Assembly (NCBI GenBank): GCA_044866005.1
Contig: JBIOTN010000158.1
Span: forward strand, 1-55,096
Length of the DNA: 55,096 bases
Origin: Candidatus Rokuibacteriota bacterium
GTDB taxonomy: Bacteria; Methylomirabilota; Methylomirabilia; Rokubacteriales; DASRDR01
Direction of reading: 5' to 3'
Part shown: positions 19,461-27,843 of the stretch, piece after piece
Position numbering within the stretch: the stretch's first letter is position 1
Layout of the letters: each line of letters begins with the position of its first letter
Notes under the pieces: model-generated
What the model was told of the DNA's origin: nothing
Seen by the model: only the letters and a program-made list of their open reading frames with translations
Databases searched by the model: none
Made by a program: the position numbers and the translations under genes

Positions 19461-21821
19461 TTACGCTCTGGCGGAGGCCAGGCTCTCCGGTCTCACCGCC
19501 GGGCGCCGCTCTCCCGCGGTGCCCGGAAAGATGTCATGGACATAGTCGTGGGCGGCCAGGGCGATCTCCTTCAGCGTGCCGGCTCGAACACGCTTGACGA
19601 TTTCCTCGCGGGCGAGGTCGAAGAGCGCCTCGAGAATCTGCGGGCGCTCCTGCTCGCTCGCCTGCCCCACGACGAAGAGCACGCGGGCGCTGTGCTGGAC
19701 GTAGCGGGGCGACAGCAGCTGCCGCTTCAAGATCTCCATGATGATGGGCGCCTTGCCGCGGTCAAAGCGGCCTGGATCGCCCCGGCGGTCCAGCTCGGCG
19801 AAGAACGCCGACGTCCACTCGTTGTGGTAGTCCCACAACTGCTCGAACAGCTGCCGGGTGAAGCGGGTCCCGGCCTTGACCTCGGAGGCGTTCACCGCCG
19901 GCACGACTCCGTCCTCGGTGAGCGCCGGCCGCTTGAGGTAGCCGTCCTTGGTGATGGCGGCCTGGTGGTGGACGAGGCTCCACAGCCAGGCCACATCGAT
20001 CCGGTAGGTGGCGATGTCATTCATGAACCGCAGGAAGAGCTCGTAGTCGTCGATGGCGGCCGCGAAGTTTCCGTTGAGGATCTGGAAGCCATAGTTCGCC
20101 GCCATGTAGAACGCGTGTTGGACGTGCTCGATGGTGACCTCACCCTTCGGCACGCCGTAGATGCTGTCCCAGAGTTCTGGCGTGAAGAGCTTCTCCGGCG
20201 TGTCGACCATGTCCCTGGTGATGACCCAGGGCGTGATCCTGCCCTGCGGGTTCAACAAGCCACGGGATTGCAGCAGGAGCCGCTCCGCGTCACTGAGACC
20301 ACTGGCGACCGTCGGCACCGGCTGGCCTTTCACGGCCACGGTCTCTGCCGGCGCCTGGAGGATCGCCTGGAGCTCTGTCAGAGGCGTTCGCAAGGGTGCA
20401 TTGCCAGCGGCGACGTAGGCCGGTTCCGGGCTGGCGACCCAGCTTTGTCGATAGGCATCATAGAGCCGTCCCTTCACGCGGCCGGCAAGGATGTCTTCCA
20501 GGGTAGGGTGGTGGTCCCTGGGCAGCGGCTCCTCGGGCACGAACATGAGACCCAGCAGGCGCTCTCGCACCTTGTCGAGCACCATCGCCCGCAGGGCCAG
20601 CGGGTTGTACCTCGAGCGGCCATAGGGATCGGTCGGTTGGTAGATCATGACCGCCGCCATCCCCCCGATGGGGGCCCCCTGGCTGAGCTCGCCATTCTTC
20701 ATGCCAGCCATGAGCATCATCAGCGCGTTATACCGCTGATACGCAATCATGTTCGGCGAGGCCATGCCGATCGACTGCGGATCCGGAAAGATGCCCTGCG
20801 GATCGTCCTTCCACATCTCCATGAGGCTGGCCAGGTAGTCCCAGCGGCCGACGTTCGTCCCGAGGAGCCGACGCCGCAAGACCCAGGCGATCGCCGGCAA
20901 GAACCGACCCGCATTCCCCTCCTCGTAGAGGACCTTGATCTTGAAGGTGCCAGGCGGGACGCCGATCATGCCCTCCAGCCGCGCCAGGAGCTTCTCCACG
21001 ATGAGGGCTTCCTGAGGCGTCTGGATCTTCGGGATGTAGTAGTACACGCCGGTGCCGGCCTGGGTGAGGGTGTCGTAGTTGTTGAGGGTCCAGAGGACGA
21101 CGATGGGGATCGAACCGGGCACCGGTTGGCCTTCGACCACGACGTGGTCATACCGCACGTGGATGCCGGGAGGCCGCGCGAACCGGGTCGGCCACTGCGC
21201 CGGGGACGTCTTGATCCGGTACGCGCGCGGTTGGCCCTTCTTCACCACCTCATAGGCGCGATCGGTCCAGTGGCCTTCGAGGATGTCCTTGGCGTTCTGC
21301 ATGGCCGCAAAAATCCCCACCGGCTCGTTCCGGGGCGTGCCATCGGGCTGGAAATGGGGCGGGGAGGCGTCTTCGAAGTCCGGCATGTTCACGGGCGCCG
21401 GGCTATTCAACGCGTTGAAGGCCATGTCCAGCGGATGCCACGGCCCGGTGAGCTCCAGGCCGGGATTCCTCAACGGGTCGGCGTCCTTCGGGATGGGGAC
21501 CTCGTCGTTGAGCCGCCAGCGCCACTCGCTGTCCCGACCGAGAAAGTTATCGATCAGGCCGTGGACGATCTGGCGAAATGTCCAGAACTGCCCCGATACG
21601 GGGTCCTCGAACGTGTCGTCCCACTTCGGCCAGGCATATTTCTCGCTCACCGGCGCGGGGGACTGTAGAAGCGCCCGGCGCGCGGAGAGGGCCGCGGCGA
21701 TCTCGGGACCCAGCTCTCGGGTGAGTGTGGCAATCGACTGTTCGACGTTGATCTCTCGGCCGTTCACCGTCTTGGTCCCGAAGAGGTCTGGAAACTGCTG
21801 GAGTATGTCCGCGCGGATCAT
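19461..21821 (-). CDS. aceB: Malate synthase, long form resembling the crenarchaeal type
   Basis: ELTGP, MPDFEDAS, YYYIPK, KIKVLYEE, GTNVGRWDY, GGMAA, DKVRE, WVASP and FMND.AT motifs. Follows isocitrate lyase. GAGGAGG RBS. Confidence 0.88.
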   Translation of the reverse strand: MIRADILQQFPDLFGTKTVNGREINVEQSIATLTRELGPEIAAALSARRALLQSPAPVSEKYAWPKWDDTFEDPVSGQFWTFRQIVHGLIDNFLGRDSEWRWRLNDEVPIPKDADPLRNPGLELTGPWHPLDMAFNALNSPAPVNMPDFEDASPPHFQPDGTPRNEPVGIFAAMQNAKDILEGHWTDRAYEVVKKGQPRAYRIKTSPAQWPTRFARPPGIHVRYDHVVVEGQPVPGSIPIVVLWTLNNYDTLTQAGTGVYYYIPKIQTPQEALIVEKLLARLEGMIGVPPGTFKIKVLYEEGNAGRFLPAIAWVLRRRLLGTNVGRWDYLASLMEMWKDDPQGIFPDPQSIGMASPNMIAYQRYNALMMLMAGMKNGELSQGAPIGGMAAVMIYQPTDPYGRSRYNPLALRAMVLDKVRERLLGLMFVPEEPLPRDHHPTLEDILAGRVKGRLYDAYRQSWVASPEPAYVAAGNAPLRTPLTELQAILQAPAETVAVKGQPVPTVASGLSDAERLLLQSRGLLNPQGRITPWVITRDMVDTPEKLFTPELWDSIYGVPKGEVTIEHVQHAFYMAANYGFQILNGNFAAAIDDYELFLRFMNDIATYRIDVAWLWSLVHHQAAITKDGYLKRPALTEDGVVPAVNASEVKAGTRFTRQLFEQLWDYHNEWTSAFFAELDRRGDPGRFDRGKAPIIMEILKRQLLSPRYVQHSARVLFVVGQASEQERPQILEALFDLAREEIVKRVRAGTLKEIALAAHDYVHDIFPGTAGERRPAVRPESLASARA

Positions 21822-22036
21822 GGCCTCGGCCTCCTCAGCTCTGTCCCACAGGCGGTCAGGAAAGGCGCCGCACGTCCGACTCGGCGGTGACGGGGCCGCG
21901 GACCGCGATGCCCGCCTGGCTGGCCCGGGCGGCGACTCCCCGGACGACGGCCGGGGTCAGGGAGCGGGCCTTCCCCCGAGGATACGACAGACCGGGCGCG
22001 TGGGGCTACTCGACCGGCGACCCCGCGCCAGAGCCT

Positions 22037-23005
22037 TCAGTGCTTGGCCTCGCCGAAGCCGGCCGAGGCGCGGTGGCGATCCGCCGCGCCGGGCACGAAC
22101 CGCCGTTCGAGCTCCTGGAAGTGGGCGACCCGGGCCATGACGTGATGACTCTCCGTGGGATGACCGGCCTTCAGCTTCTCCAGGTCCCACTGCGCGGCTT
22201 CCTGGTTCTTGACCAGGTCCTCCATCGCGTTCCACACCGCGTACGTCGCCGCGTGCGCGCCGAAGAGCGTGATGAAGATGAACCGGTAGCCGAGCTCGCC
22301 CAGCTCCCGGAAGGTGAACGGCGCGGGGTCCGCGCTCCACCTGAAGGAGGACGAGTAGTTGAAGGCGAGCGGCAGCGCGGGATGGCTCTTCCGCATCGCC
22401 TCGGCGAAGACCTCGGCCGGCTTCCGGGCCGCCGTGGAGAGCTCGCACCACACGAGGTCCACGCCCGCGTCGGCGTACGCGCGCCCCCGCCAGACCGCTT
22501 CCTCCATGCTGCCGCCGACCGCCCCGAACGCGTCGGTGCGCGCGATGAGCACGAAGTCGCGGTCCAGCCGGTCGCGCTCCGCCACTGCGGCGCGGAACTT
22601 GCCGACCGCTTCCTCCCGCGGGACGATCGTCTTCCCCGCGATGTGCCCGCAGCGCTTCGGGTACTGCTGGTCCTCGAGGTGGACGCCCGCCACGCCCGTC
22701 TTGACGTACTCGGCCACGGTCCGCATCGTGTTGAGGGCCGAGCCGTAGCCGTCGTCGGCGTCCGCGATGATCGGGATCTCGACGGCGCTCGCGATCGCGG
22801 AGGCCGTCTTCGTCATCTCCGTCATCGTCAGGAACCCCATGTCCGGCCATCCATTGAGCATGGCCACCGAGTAGCCGCTCATGTAGATCGCCTTCATGCC
22901 GACGCGCTCGGCGATCTGCGCGTCGAGCGGCGAGTAGATCCCGCCGGTGAACACGTAGGGCTCCTCGCGCAGGAGCGCGCGGAACGCCTTCCCCTTGCTC
23001 TCCAT
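22037..23005 (-). CDS. aceA: Isocitrate lyase, short form resembling haloarchaeal AceA (ICL/PEP mutase family)
   Basis: DADDGYG, HLEDQ..PKRCGH and ARTD, plus ICL-type LAFNYSSSF.W and LGY.FIFITL. Adjacent to malate synthase. Confidence 0.8.
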   Translation of the reverse strand: MESKGKAFRALLREEPYVFTGGIYSPLDAQIAERVGMKAIYMSGYSVAMLNGWPDMGFLTMTEMTKTASAIASAVEIPIIADADDGYGSALNTMRTVAEYVKTGVAGVHLEDQQYPKRCGHIAGKTIVPREEAVGKFRAAVAERDRLDRDFVLIARTDAFGAVGGSMEEAVWRGRAYADAGVDLVWCELSTAARKPAEVFAEAMRKSHPALPLAFNYSSSFRWSADPAPFTFRELGELGYRFIFITLFGAHAATYAVWNAMEDLVKNQEAAQWDLEKLKAGHPTESHHVMARVAHFQELERRFVPGAADRHRASAGFGEAKH

Positions 23006-23065
23006 GACCCGGGTCTCCTTCGGTACGGGGTGAATGGACCGGACCGGTGACGTGTCGGGCGCGCC

Positions 23066-23230
23066 TCAGGCCGCCCGCGATTCGCGCCCCACCATGCAGC
23101 CGAGACAGGTGACCGCCGCCGCCTCGCTCCGCTCCGCGCAGGCCGGGCAGCAGGGCCGCCGGCAGTGCGCGCAGATCCAGCTCTCGTATGCGTGCCGCAG
23201 CACGTCGCCACACCAGCACCGCTCGTTCAT
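23066..23230 (-). CDS. Small Cys-rich protein (54 aa, 9 Cys), putative zinc finger
   Basis: Below the ORF-track cutoff. MNERCWCGDVLRHAYESWICAHCRRPCCPACAERSEAAAVTCLGCMVGRESRAA*, with a GAGGAGG RBS a few nt before the ATG. Confidence 0.7.
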   Translation of the reverse strand: MNERCWCGDVLRHAYESWICAHCRRPCCPACAERSEAAAVTCLGCMVGRESRAA

Positions 23231-23329
23231 CGGATGCCTCCTCGCTCGACGGCAGGGCCGGCCCGGCCGTCGCGGGGTCTCGAGGACCCTCTACCCGCAC
23301 TCTGCCGGCACACCCCGGGTTCACGCAAG

Positions 23330-23404
23330 TTGATTCTCTTTATCGCGCCGATCAAGAAATGTGATCAGCAATTCTTGCACGGTCGGACCGCGCCCGCGCA
23401 TAAT
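23330..23404. promoter_or_regulatory. Divergent promoter region with LysR-type box (ATC-N9-GAT, 23351..23365) and sigma70-like TTGCAC-N18-CATAAT
   Basis: AT-rich island between divergent genes containing a T-N11-A dyad. Confidence 0.55.
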
Positions 23405-23460
23405 GGCGATGCCACGCGCCGGCCCGGCGCCCTCCCGGGGCCGCGAGCCGGCCGGCACGC

Positions 23461-24399
23461 ATGGACATCGACCAGGTCGAGACCTTCCTGGCCGTCGGGA
23501 CGTTCGGCGGGTTTCGCCGGGCGGCCGCCGCACTCCGCGTGACGCAGCCGGCGGTGAGCGCCCGCATCAAGGCGCTGGAGGCCTCGCTCGGCGTCACGCT
23601 CTTCGAGCGCGGCCGGGAGGGTCTCACGCTGTCGCCGGCGGGCCGCGCGCTCCGCCCGCACGCCGAGCAGCTCCTGCACGCCGTGGCCCTGGCCCGGCAA
23701 GCCGTGCACCAGCTCCAGCCGGCCACCGGCAGCGCGCTCCAGCTCGCGGCCGCCCTGTCCATCTGCACCTATCTCCTCCCGGCCGTCCTCGAGCGCTTCC
23801 AGGCGCGCCATTCGAAGGTGATGGTCACGGTCCGGTCGGGACATTCGAAGGAGGTGCTGGAGATGGTGCTGCGGGGCGACGTCGAGATCGGGCTCGCGCG
23901 CTCGCTCCACCATCCGGCGGTGGAGACCATGAGCCTGGGCGACGATCCGCTCGTCCTGGTCCAGCGCGGGACGCGGCGGCTCGCGCGCGGGCGCCGGGCG
24001 CGGCTCACCGAGGTGGCGGATCGCCCGCTGGTCTTCTTCGACCGGGGGTCGAGCGACTGGACCCTCACGCACGGGCTCTTCCGCCGTGCGGGACTCGTGC
24101 CGAACGTGGTCCTCGAGGTGGAGACGATCGAGACGGCCAAGAAGATGGTCGAGCGCGGGCTCGGGCTGGCGTTCCTCCCGCACCTCGCCGTCACCCAGGA
24201 GATCCGGCGCGGGGCGCTCGTCGAGATCGAGGTGACCGACGCCGAGCCCCTGAGCCGGAGCCTCGACCTCGTCCATCCGCGCCACCGGCCGCTCAGCCCC
24301 GAAGCGCTGGCCTTCCTCCAGGCCCTCCGCGAGGGGATCCGCGAGCTCGCGGCGCGCTCCCGTCGCCGCGCGCGGCCGGCCCGCCGCGCGGCTGGCTGA
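23461..24399 (+). CDS. LysR-family transcriptional regulator
   Basis: HTH F.RAA..L.VTQPAVSARIK.LE..LGV.LF.R followed by a substrate-binding domain. Confidence 0.95.
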   Translation: MDIDQVETFLAVGTFGGFRRAAAALRVTQPAVSARIKALEASLGVTLFERGREGLTLSPAGRALRPHAEQLLHAVALARQAVHQLQPATGSALQLAAALSICTYLLPAVLERFQARHSKVMVTVRSGHSKEVLEMVLRGDVEIGLARSLHHPAVETMSLGDDPLVLVQRGTRRLARGRRARLTEVADRPLVFFDRGSSDWTLTHGLFRRAGLVPNVVLEVETIETAKKMVERGLGLAFLPHLAVTQEIRRGALVEIEVTDAEPLSRSLDLVHPRHRPLSPEALAFLQALREGIRELAARSRRRARPARRAAG

Positions 24400-24404
24400 T
24401 ATCT

Positions 24405-24460
24405 TCGGAGGGGGCCTCGACGGCCCCCGGAGAATGCCCTCGCGGCCGTTGCCGGCGGCC
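24405..24460. repeat. Dispersed REP-like repeat, reverse orientation
   Basis: TCGGAGGGGGCC-tcgac-GGCCCCC...GCCCTCGCGGCC..GCCGGCGGCC, between the convergent lysR and phnE stops. Confidence 0.7.
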
Positions 24461-24485
24461 CTCTGACCGATCGGCGGCCGAGCGG

Positions 24486-25235
24486 TTAGACCAGGCGCGC
24501 CCGAAGCCGCGAGCTCGCGAAGTCCACGGCCATCACCATCCCGACCGTCACCAGGAGCACGGTGGAGGCCGCGGGGTAGTCGATCATCCGGAGATAGGTC
24601 TGGAGGTAGAAGCCGATCCCGCCCGCGCCGACGAACCCGAGGACGGTCGCGGCCCGGATGTTCGACTCGAGCCGATAGAGGATGTAGGAGAGGAAGAGCG
24701 GCAGGACCTGGGGCAACACGCCGAAGCGGAGGACCTGGAGCCGCGTCGCCCCCGTCGCCGTGATGGCGTCGACCGGCCCCGCGTCGATCCCCTCGATCGT
24801 CTCCGAGTAGAGCTTGGCGAGGGACGTCGTCGTGTAGGCGACGACGGCCAGGACACCCGGGAACGGGCCGAGGCCGACGGCGGCCACGAAGAGCAGCGCG
24901 TAGACGAGGGTGTCGATGCTCCGCAGGAAGTTGAGCGTCGCGCGCGCCGGGTAGAAGAGCGGCGGCGGCGCGACGTTCCGGGCGGAGACGAAGCCGAGAG
25001 GGACGGCGAAGGCCGCGGCCACCGCCGTGCCGAGGAGCGCGATCTCGAACGTCTTCAGCGCGCCCTGGAGGGCGGGCCGCAGGACCCGCGGGTCCGGCGG
25101 CACCGAGCGCCGGACGAAATCGAGCATGCGGGGAGCGCCGGCCGCCAGCAGGAACGGGTCGGCCCCCGTATCCCAGGCGACCCAGCCGAGCAGGACCGCG
25201 CCGCCCGCCAGGACCGTCGCCCGCCAGCGGCTCAT
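24486..25235 (-). CDS. phnE: Phosphonate/phosphite ABC permease
   Basis: VGLGPFPGVLA, LAKLYSE.IE and RLESNIRAATVLGFVGAGGIG motifs. Confidence 0.92.
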   Translation of the reverse strand: MSRWRATVLAGGAVLLGWVAWDTGADPFLLAAGAPRMLDFVRRSVPPDPRVLRPALQGALKTFEIALLGTAVAAAFAVPLGFVSARNVAPPPLFYPARATLNFLRSIDTLVYALLFVAAVGLGPFPGVLAVVAYTTTSLAKLYSETIEGIDAGPVDAITATGATRLQVLRFGVLPQVLPLFLSYILYRLESNIRAATVLGFVGAGGIGFYLQTYLRMIDYPAASTVLLVTVGMVMAVDFASSRLRARLV

Positions 25236-25287
25236 CGGCGTCTGGCCGCGGGACCGCGTCGAACGACCGGGCCCGCGCCGGCGGCGC

Positions 25288-26049
25288 TCATCCCCCGGCC
25301 TCCTCGCCGTAAATCTCCTCGACGACGGCGCGCGTCACCGCGCCGGGCGGCCCGTCGAAGCAGACCCGCCCCGCCCGGAACCCGACGATGCGCGTCCCGA
25401 ACTCGAGCGCCGCCTCCAGCCGGTGCTGGCTCACCACCAGCGTGAGGCCGCGCTCCTCGTTGATCCGGCGCAGGATGCCCATGATGCTGCCGGTCAGCTG
25501 GGGGTCGAGGCTCGCCGTCGGCTCGTCCGCGAGGACGACGCTCGGCGCCTGGGCGAGCGCGCGAGCGATCGCCACGCGCTGCTGCTCGCCGCCCGACAGC
25601 GCGTCCGCCCGCCGCTCGGCGAGGTCGGCGAGGCCGACCTGCGCGAGGCAGTCGAGCGCGACGGCGCGGTCGGCCGGCGGAAAGCGGCCGAAGAGGCTCG
25701 GCAGCGCGGGGACGTAGCCGAGGCGCCCGGCCAGGACGTTGGCCAGGACCGAGGCCCGGCGCACCAGGTTGAACTGCTGGAAGATCATCCCGATCTGCCG
25801 GCGCACCTGGCGCAGCGCCGACGGGGTCGCCCCGGTGACCGCGTGCCCCGCGACGCGCACGGTTCCCGCCGTGGGCTCGACGAGCCGGTTGATGGACCGG
25901 AGGAAGGTCGTCTTCCCGGCCCCGCTCCGGCCGATGATCATGACGCGCTCGCCCGGGTGGACCACGAGGTCGAGGCCGTAGAGCGCGATCGTGTCGGGCG
26001 GGAGGACGACCCGCAACCCCTCCACCTCGATCATCGCGCTCACCGGCAT
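25288..26049 (-). CDS. phnC: Phosphonate/phosphite ABC ATP-binding protein
   Basis: GRSGAGKTT, FQQFNLV.R.SVL.NVL.GRLG, LSGGEQQRV and LADEP motifs. Alternative ATG at 26034. Confidence 0.92.
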   Translation of the reverse strand: MPVSAMIEVEGLRVVLPPDTIALYGLDLVVHPGERVMIIGRSGAGKTTFLRSINRLVEPTAGTVRVAGHAVTGATPSALRQVRRQIGMIFQQFNLVRRASVLANVLAGRLGYVPALPSLFGRFPPADRAVALDCLAQVGLADLAERRADALSGGEQQRVAIARALAQAPSVVLADEPTASLDPQLTGSIMGILRRINEERGLTLVVSQHRLEAALEFGTRIVGFRAGRVCFDGPPGAVTRAVVEEIYGEEAGG

Positions 26050-26207
26050 GATCTCAGGGACGAGCGCCGGGCCGAGACCCGAGCAGCTCGAGGACGCCGG
26101 GAGGAGGCGGCCCGAGGCGTACTCCCTGTACGTCGGGGGCGGCCGACGACCCCGGAGGCCGGGACGGCCGCGAGGCCGCAGGCCGAGCGCATCCCGGCCG
26201 TGATGCA

Positions 26208-26262
26208 GGCCGCGGCGTCGCCGCGAGGGCCCTCGGAGGGGGCCGCCGAGGCCCCCTCCGAG
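26208..26262. repeat. Dispersed REP-like two-hairpin repeat
   Basis: GGCCGCGGCgtcGCCGCGAGGGCC-CTCGGAGGGGGCC-gccga-GGCCCCCTCCGAG, 3 nt downstream of the phnD stop. Confidence 0.75.
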
Positions 26263-26265
26263 CCG

Positions 26266-27153
26266 TCAACGCTTGGGGCGCCAGCCCAGAAGGTCCATCG
26301 CCGCGCGGACCGGCTCGTACTCGCGATCGTCCGCCGGCTCGAACCCATCGATGTCGTAGAGCTTCTTCAAGAGCGGCTCGTACGCCGGGCCGCGCATCTG
26401 GAGCAGCGCCTCGCGCACCCGGGCGACGAGGCCGGCGTCGAGACCCTCCCGCCCGCAGATGCCGCCTTCGGGGATGGGCGCGCTCTCCGCGATCCACGTC
26501 ACCCGCTCGCGCTGCGTGGGGTCCTTCAGGTACTGCTGCGGGGCCTGGTCGAACGAGGCGAAAGCGTCGACGTGCCCGTTGAGGAGCGCCAGCAGCCCCG
26601 CGTCGTGGGAGCCGGAGAAGACCACGTCGCGGAAGAACGTCTTCGGATCCCGGTTCTGGACGAGCCCCCGCTGGATCAGCATCACCATGGGGTAGACGTA
26701 CCCCGAGGTGCTCGAGGGGTCCACGAACGCGATCGTCTTCCCGCGCAGCTCCTCGATCGTCTTGAGGCCCGACTCCTTGCGGACCCAGACCCGCGCGGTG
26801 TAGGAGGTGTTCCCGTGCCACCGGTCCTTGGCGATGATCGTGGCCTTCGCCTCGCGGTTGGCCAGGACGTAGCCGGCCGGGTGGACGAAGGCGAGATCCG
26901 CCGTCCTGTTGCGCAGCGCCTCCACCACCGCGGCGTAGTCCGAGGCCACCGTCACGCGAACGGGGACCCCGACCAGCTTGCCGAGCGCGGCGCCGAACTC
27001 CTCGCCGGCGGCGAGGAGGTCCGTGGGCTTCTGGGACGGCGTCAGGACGAGGTGGAGCGACTTCGGCGCCTGCGCCTCGCCGAGGGCCGCGCCGGCGAGC
27101 CCCGCGACCCCGAGCCCGAGGACCGCCAGGGCGATCACATCGCGTCGTGTCAT
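26266..27153 (-). CDS. phnD: Phosphate/phosphite/phosphonate ABC substrate-binding protein
   Basis: Signal peptide, DYAAVVEAL, DPSSTSGY.YP and FSGSHD motifs. Confidence 0.9.
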   Translation of the reverse strand: MTRRDVIALAVLGLGVAGLAGAALGEAQAPKSLHLVLTPSQKPTDLLAAGEEFGAALGKLVGVPVRVTVASDYAAVVEALRNRTADLAFVHPAGYVLANREAKATIIAKDRWHGNTSYTARVWVRKESGLKTIEELRGKTIAFVDPSSTSGYVYPMVMLIQRGLVQNRDPKTFFRDVVFSGSHDAGLLALLNGHVDAFASFDQAPQQYLKDPTQRERVTWIAESAPIPEGGICGREGLDAGLVARVREALLQMRGPAYEPLLKKLYDIDGFEPADDREYEPVRAAMDLLGWRPKR

Positions 27154-27166
27154 GCGCGTCTCCCTG

Positions 27167-27577
27167 TCACGTGGCGCCGGCGGCGCGGCCCGGCGCCGCT
27201 TCGCCGTGCACCGTGGCGCCCCCCAGTCCGCGACCGGGCCGCCGGTACTCCTCGCGCGGCGGGGCGAAGATGTCCAGGATCACGCAGCGCTGGCCGAGCG
27301 CGCGGCCGCCGTGTGGCACGTGGGGCGGCGATTGCCAGAAGTCCCCGGCCTTCACGTGGTACTCCCGGCCGTCCTGGATCCGGATCCATTCCCCCTCCAG
27401 GCACACGCCCCACTGCTCGTTTTCGTGGGAGTGGACCGGCGACTCGGCCCAGGGCTCGATCTCGACCACCGACAGCATGACGTGCTCACCGGGGAAGACG
27501 CGGGCCCGGATCCCCCGGGCGAGCTCCCGCGGAATGCCGCCCTCGCGCACGTTGTGGAACCACTCCTCGCCGCCCAT
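27167..27577 (-). CDS. Cupin domain protein
   Basis: PVHSHENEQ and PPHVPHG metal motifs, plus LDIFAPPREEY. Confidence 0.88.
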   Translation of the reverse strand: MGGEEWFHNVREGGIPRELARGIRARVFPGEHVMLSVVEIEPWAESPVHSHENEQWGVCLEGEWIRIQDGREYHVKAGDFWQSPPHVPHGGRALGQRCVILDIFAPPREEYRRPGRGLGGATVHGEAAPGRAAGAT

Positions 27578-27690
27578 CCCCCACCTCCTCGAGCGTGTCC
27601 GGCGCGCGCCGGCGCCCGGGTTTCACGGTAGCACGGCGACCCGGCGCCTGTCCCCGCCCCGGGGGCCGCCCGCCGGACGGGGGTGCGCGC

Positions 27691-27719
27691 TTGACAAGCC
27701 CGGGAGCCCTCCCTAGGAT
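27691..27719 (+). promoter_or_regulatory. Sigma70-type promoter TTGACA-N17-TAGGAT
   Basis: Consensus -35 with 17-bp spacer, upstream of the cyclase-family gene. Confidence 0.65.
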
Positions 27720-27843
27720 GCGGCCCTGTCACCGCCGAGTGCCGCGCGGACCGCGAACGGACCGCCGCGTGGGAGGTGAGAGCCCACCGCCGTCGGAGTC
27801 GCACACGCACCGCACCTCAGCTGGCACCAGGAGGAGCATCATC

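Noticed and set aside
22037..23005. Assignment as methylisocitrate lyase (prpB) because of KRCGH
   Set aside because: ICL-type C-terminal motifs, adjacency to malate synthase and no prpC/prpD nearby.
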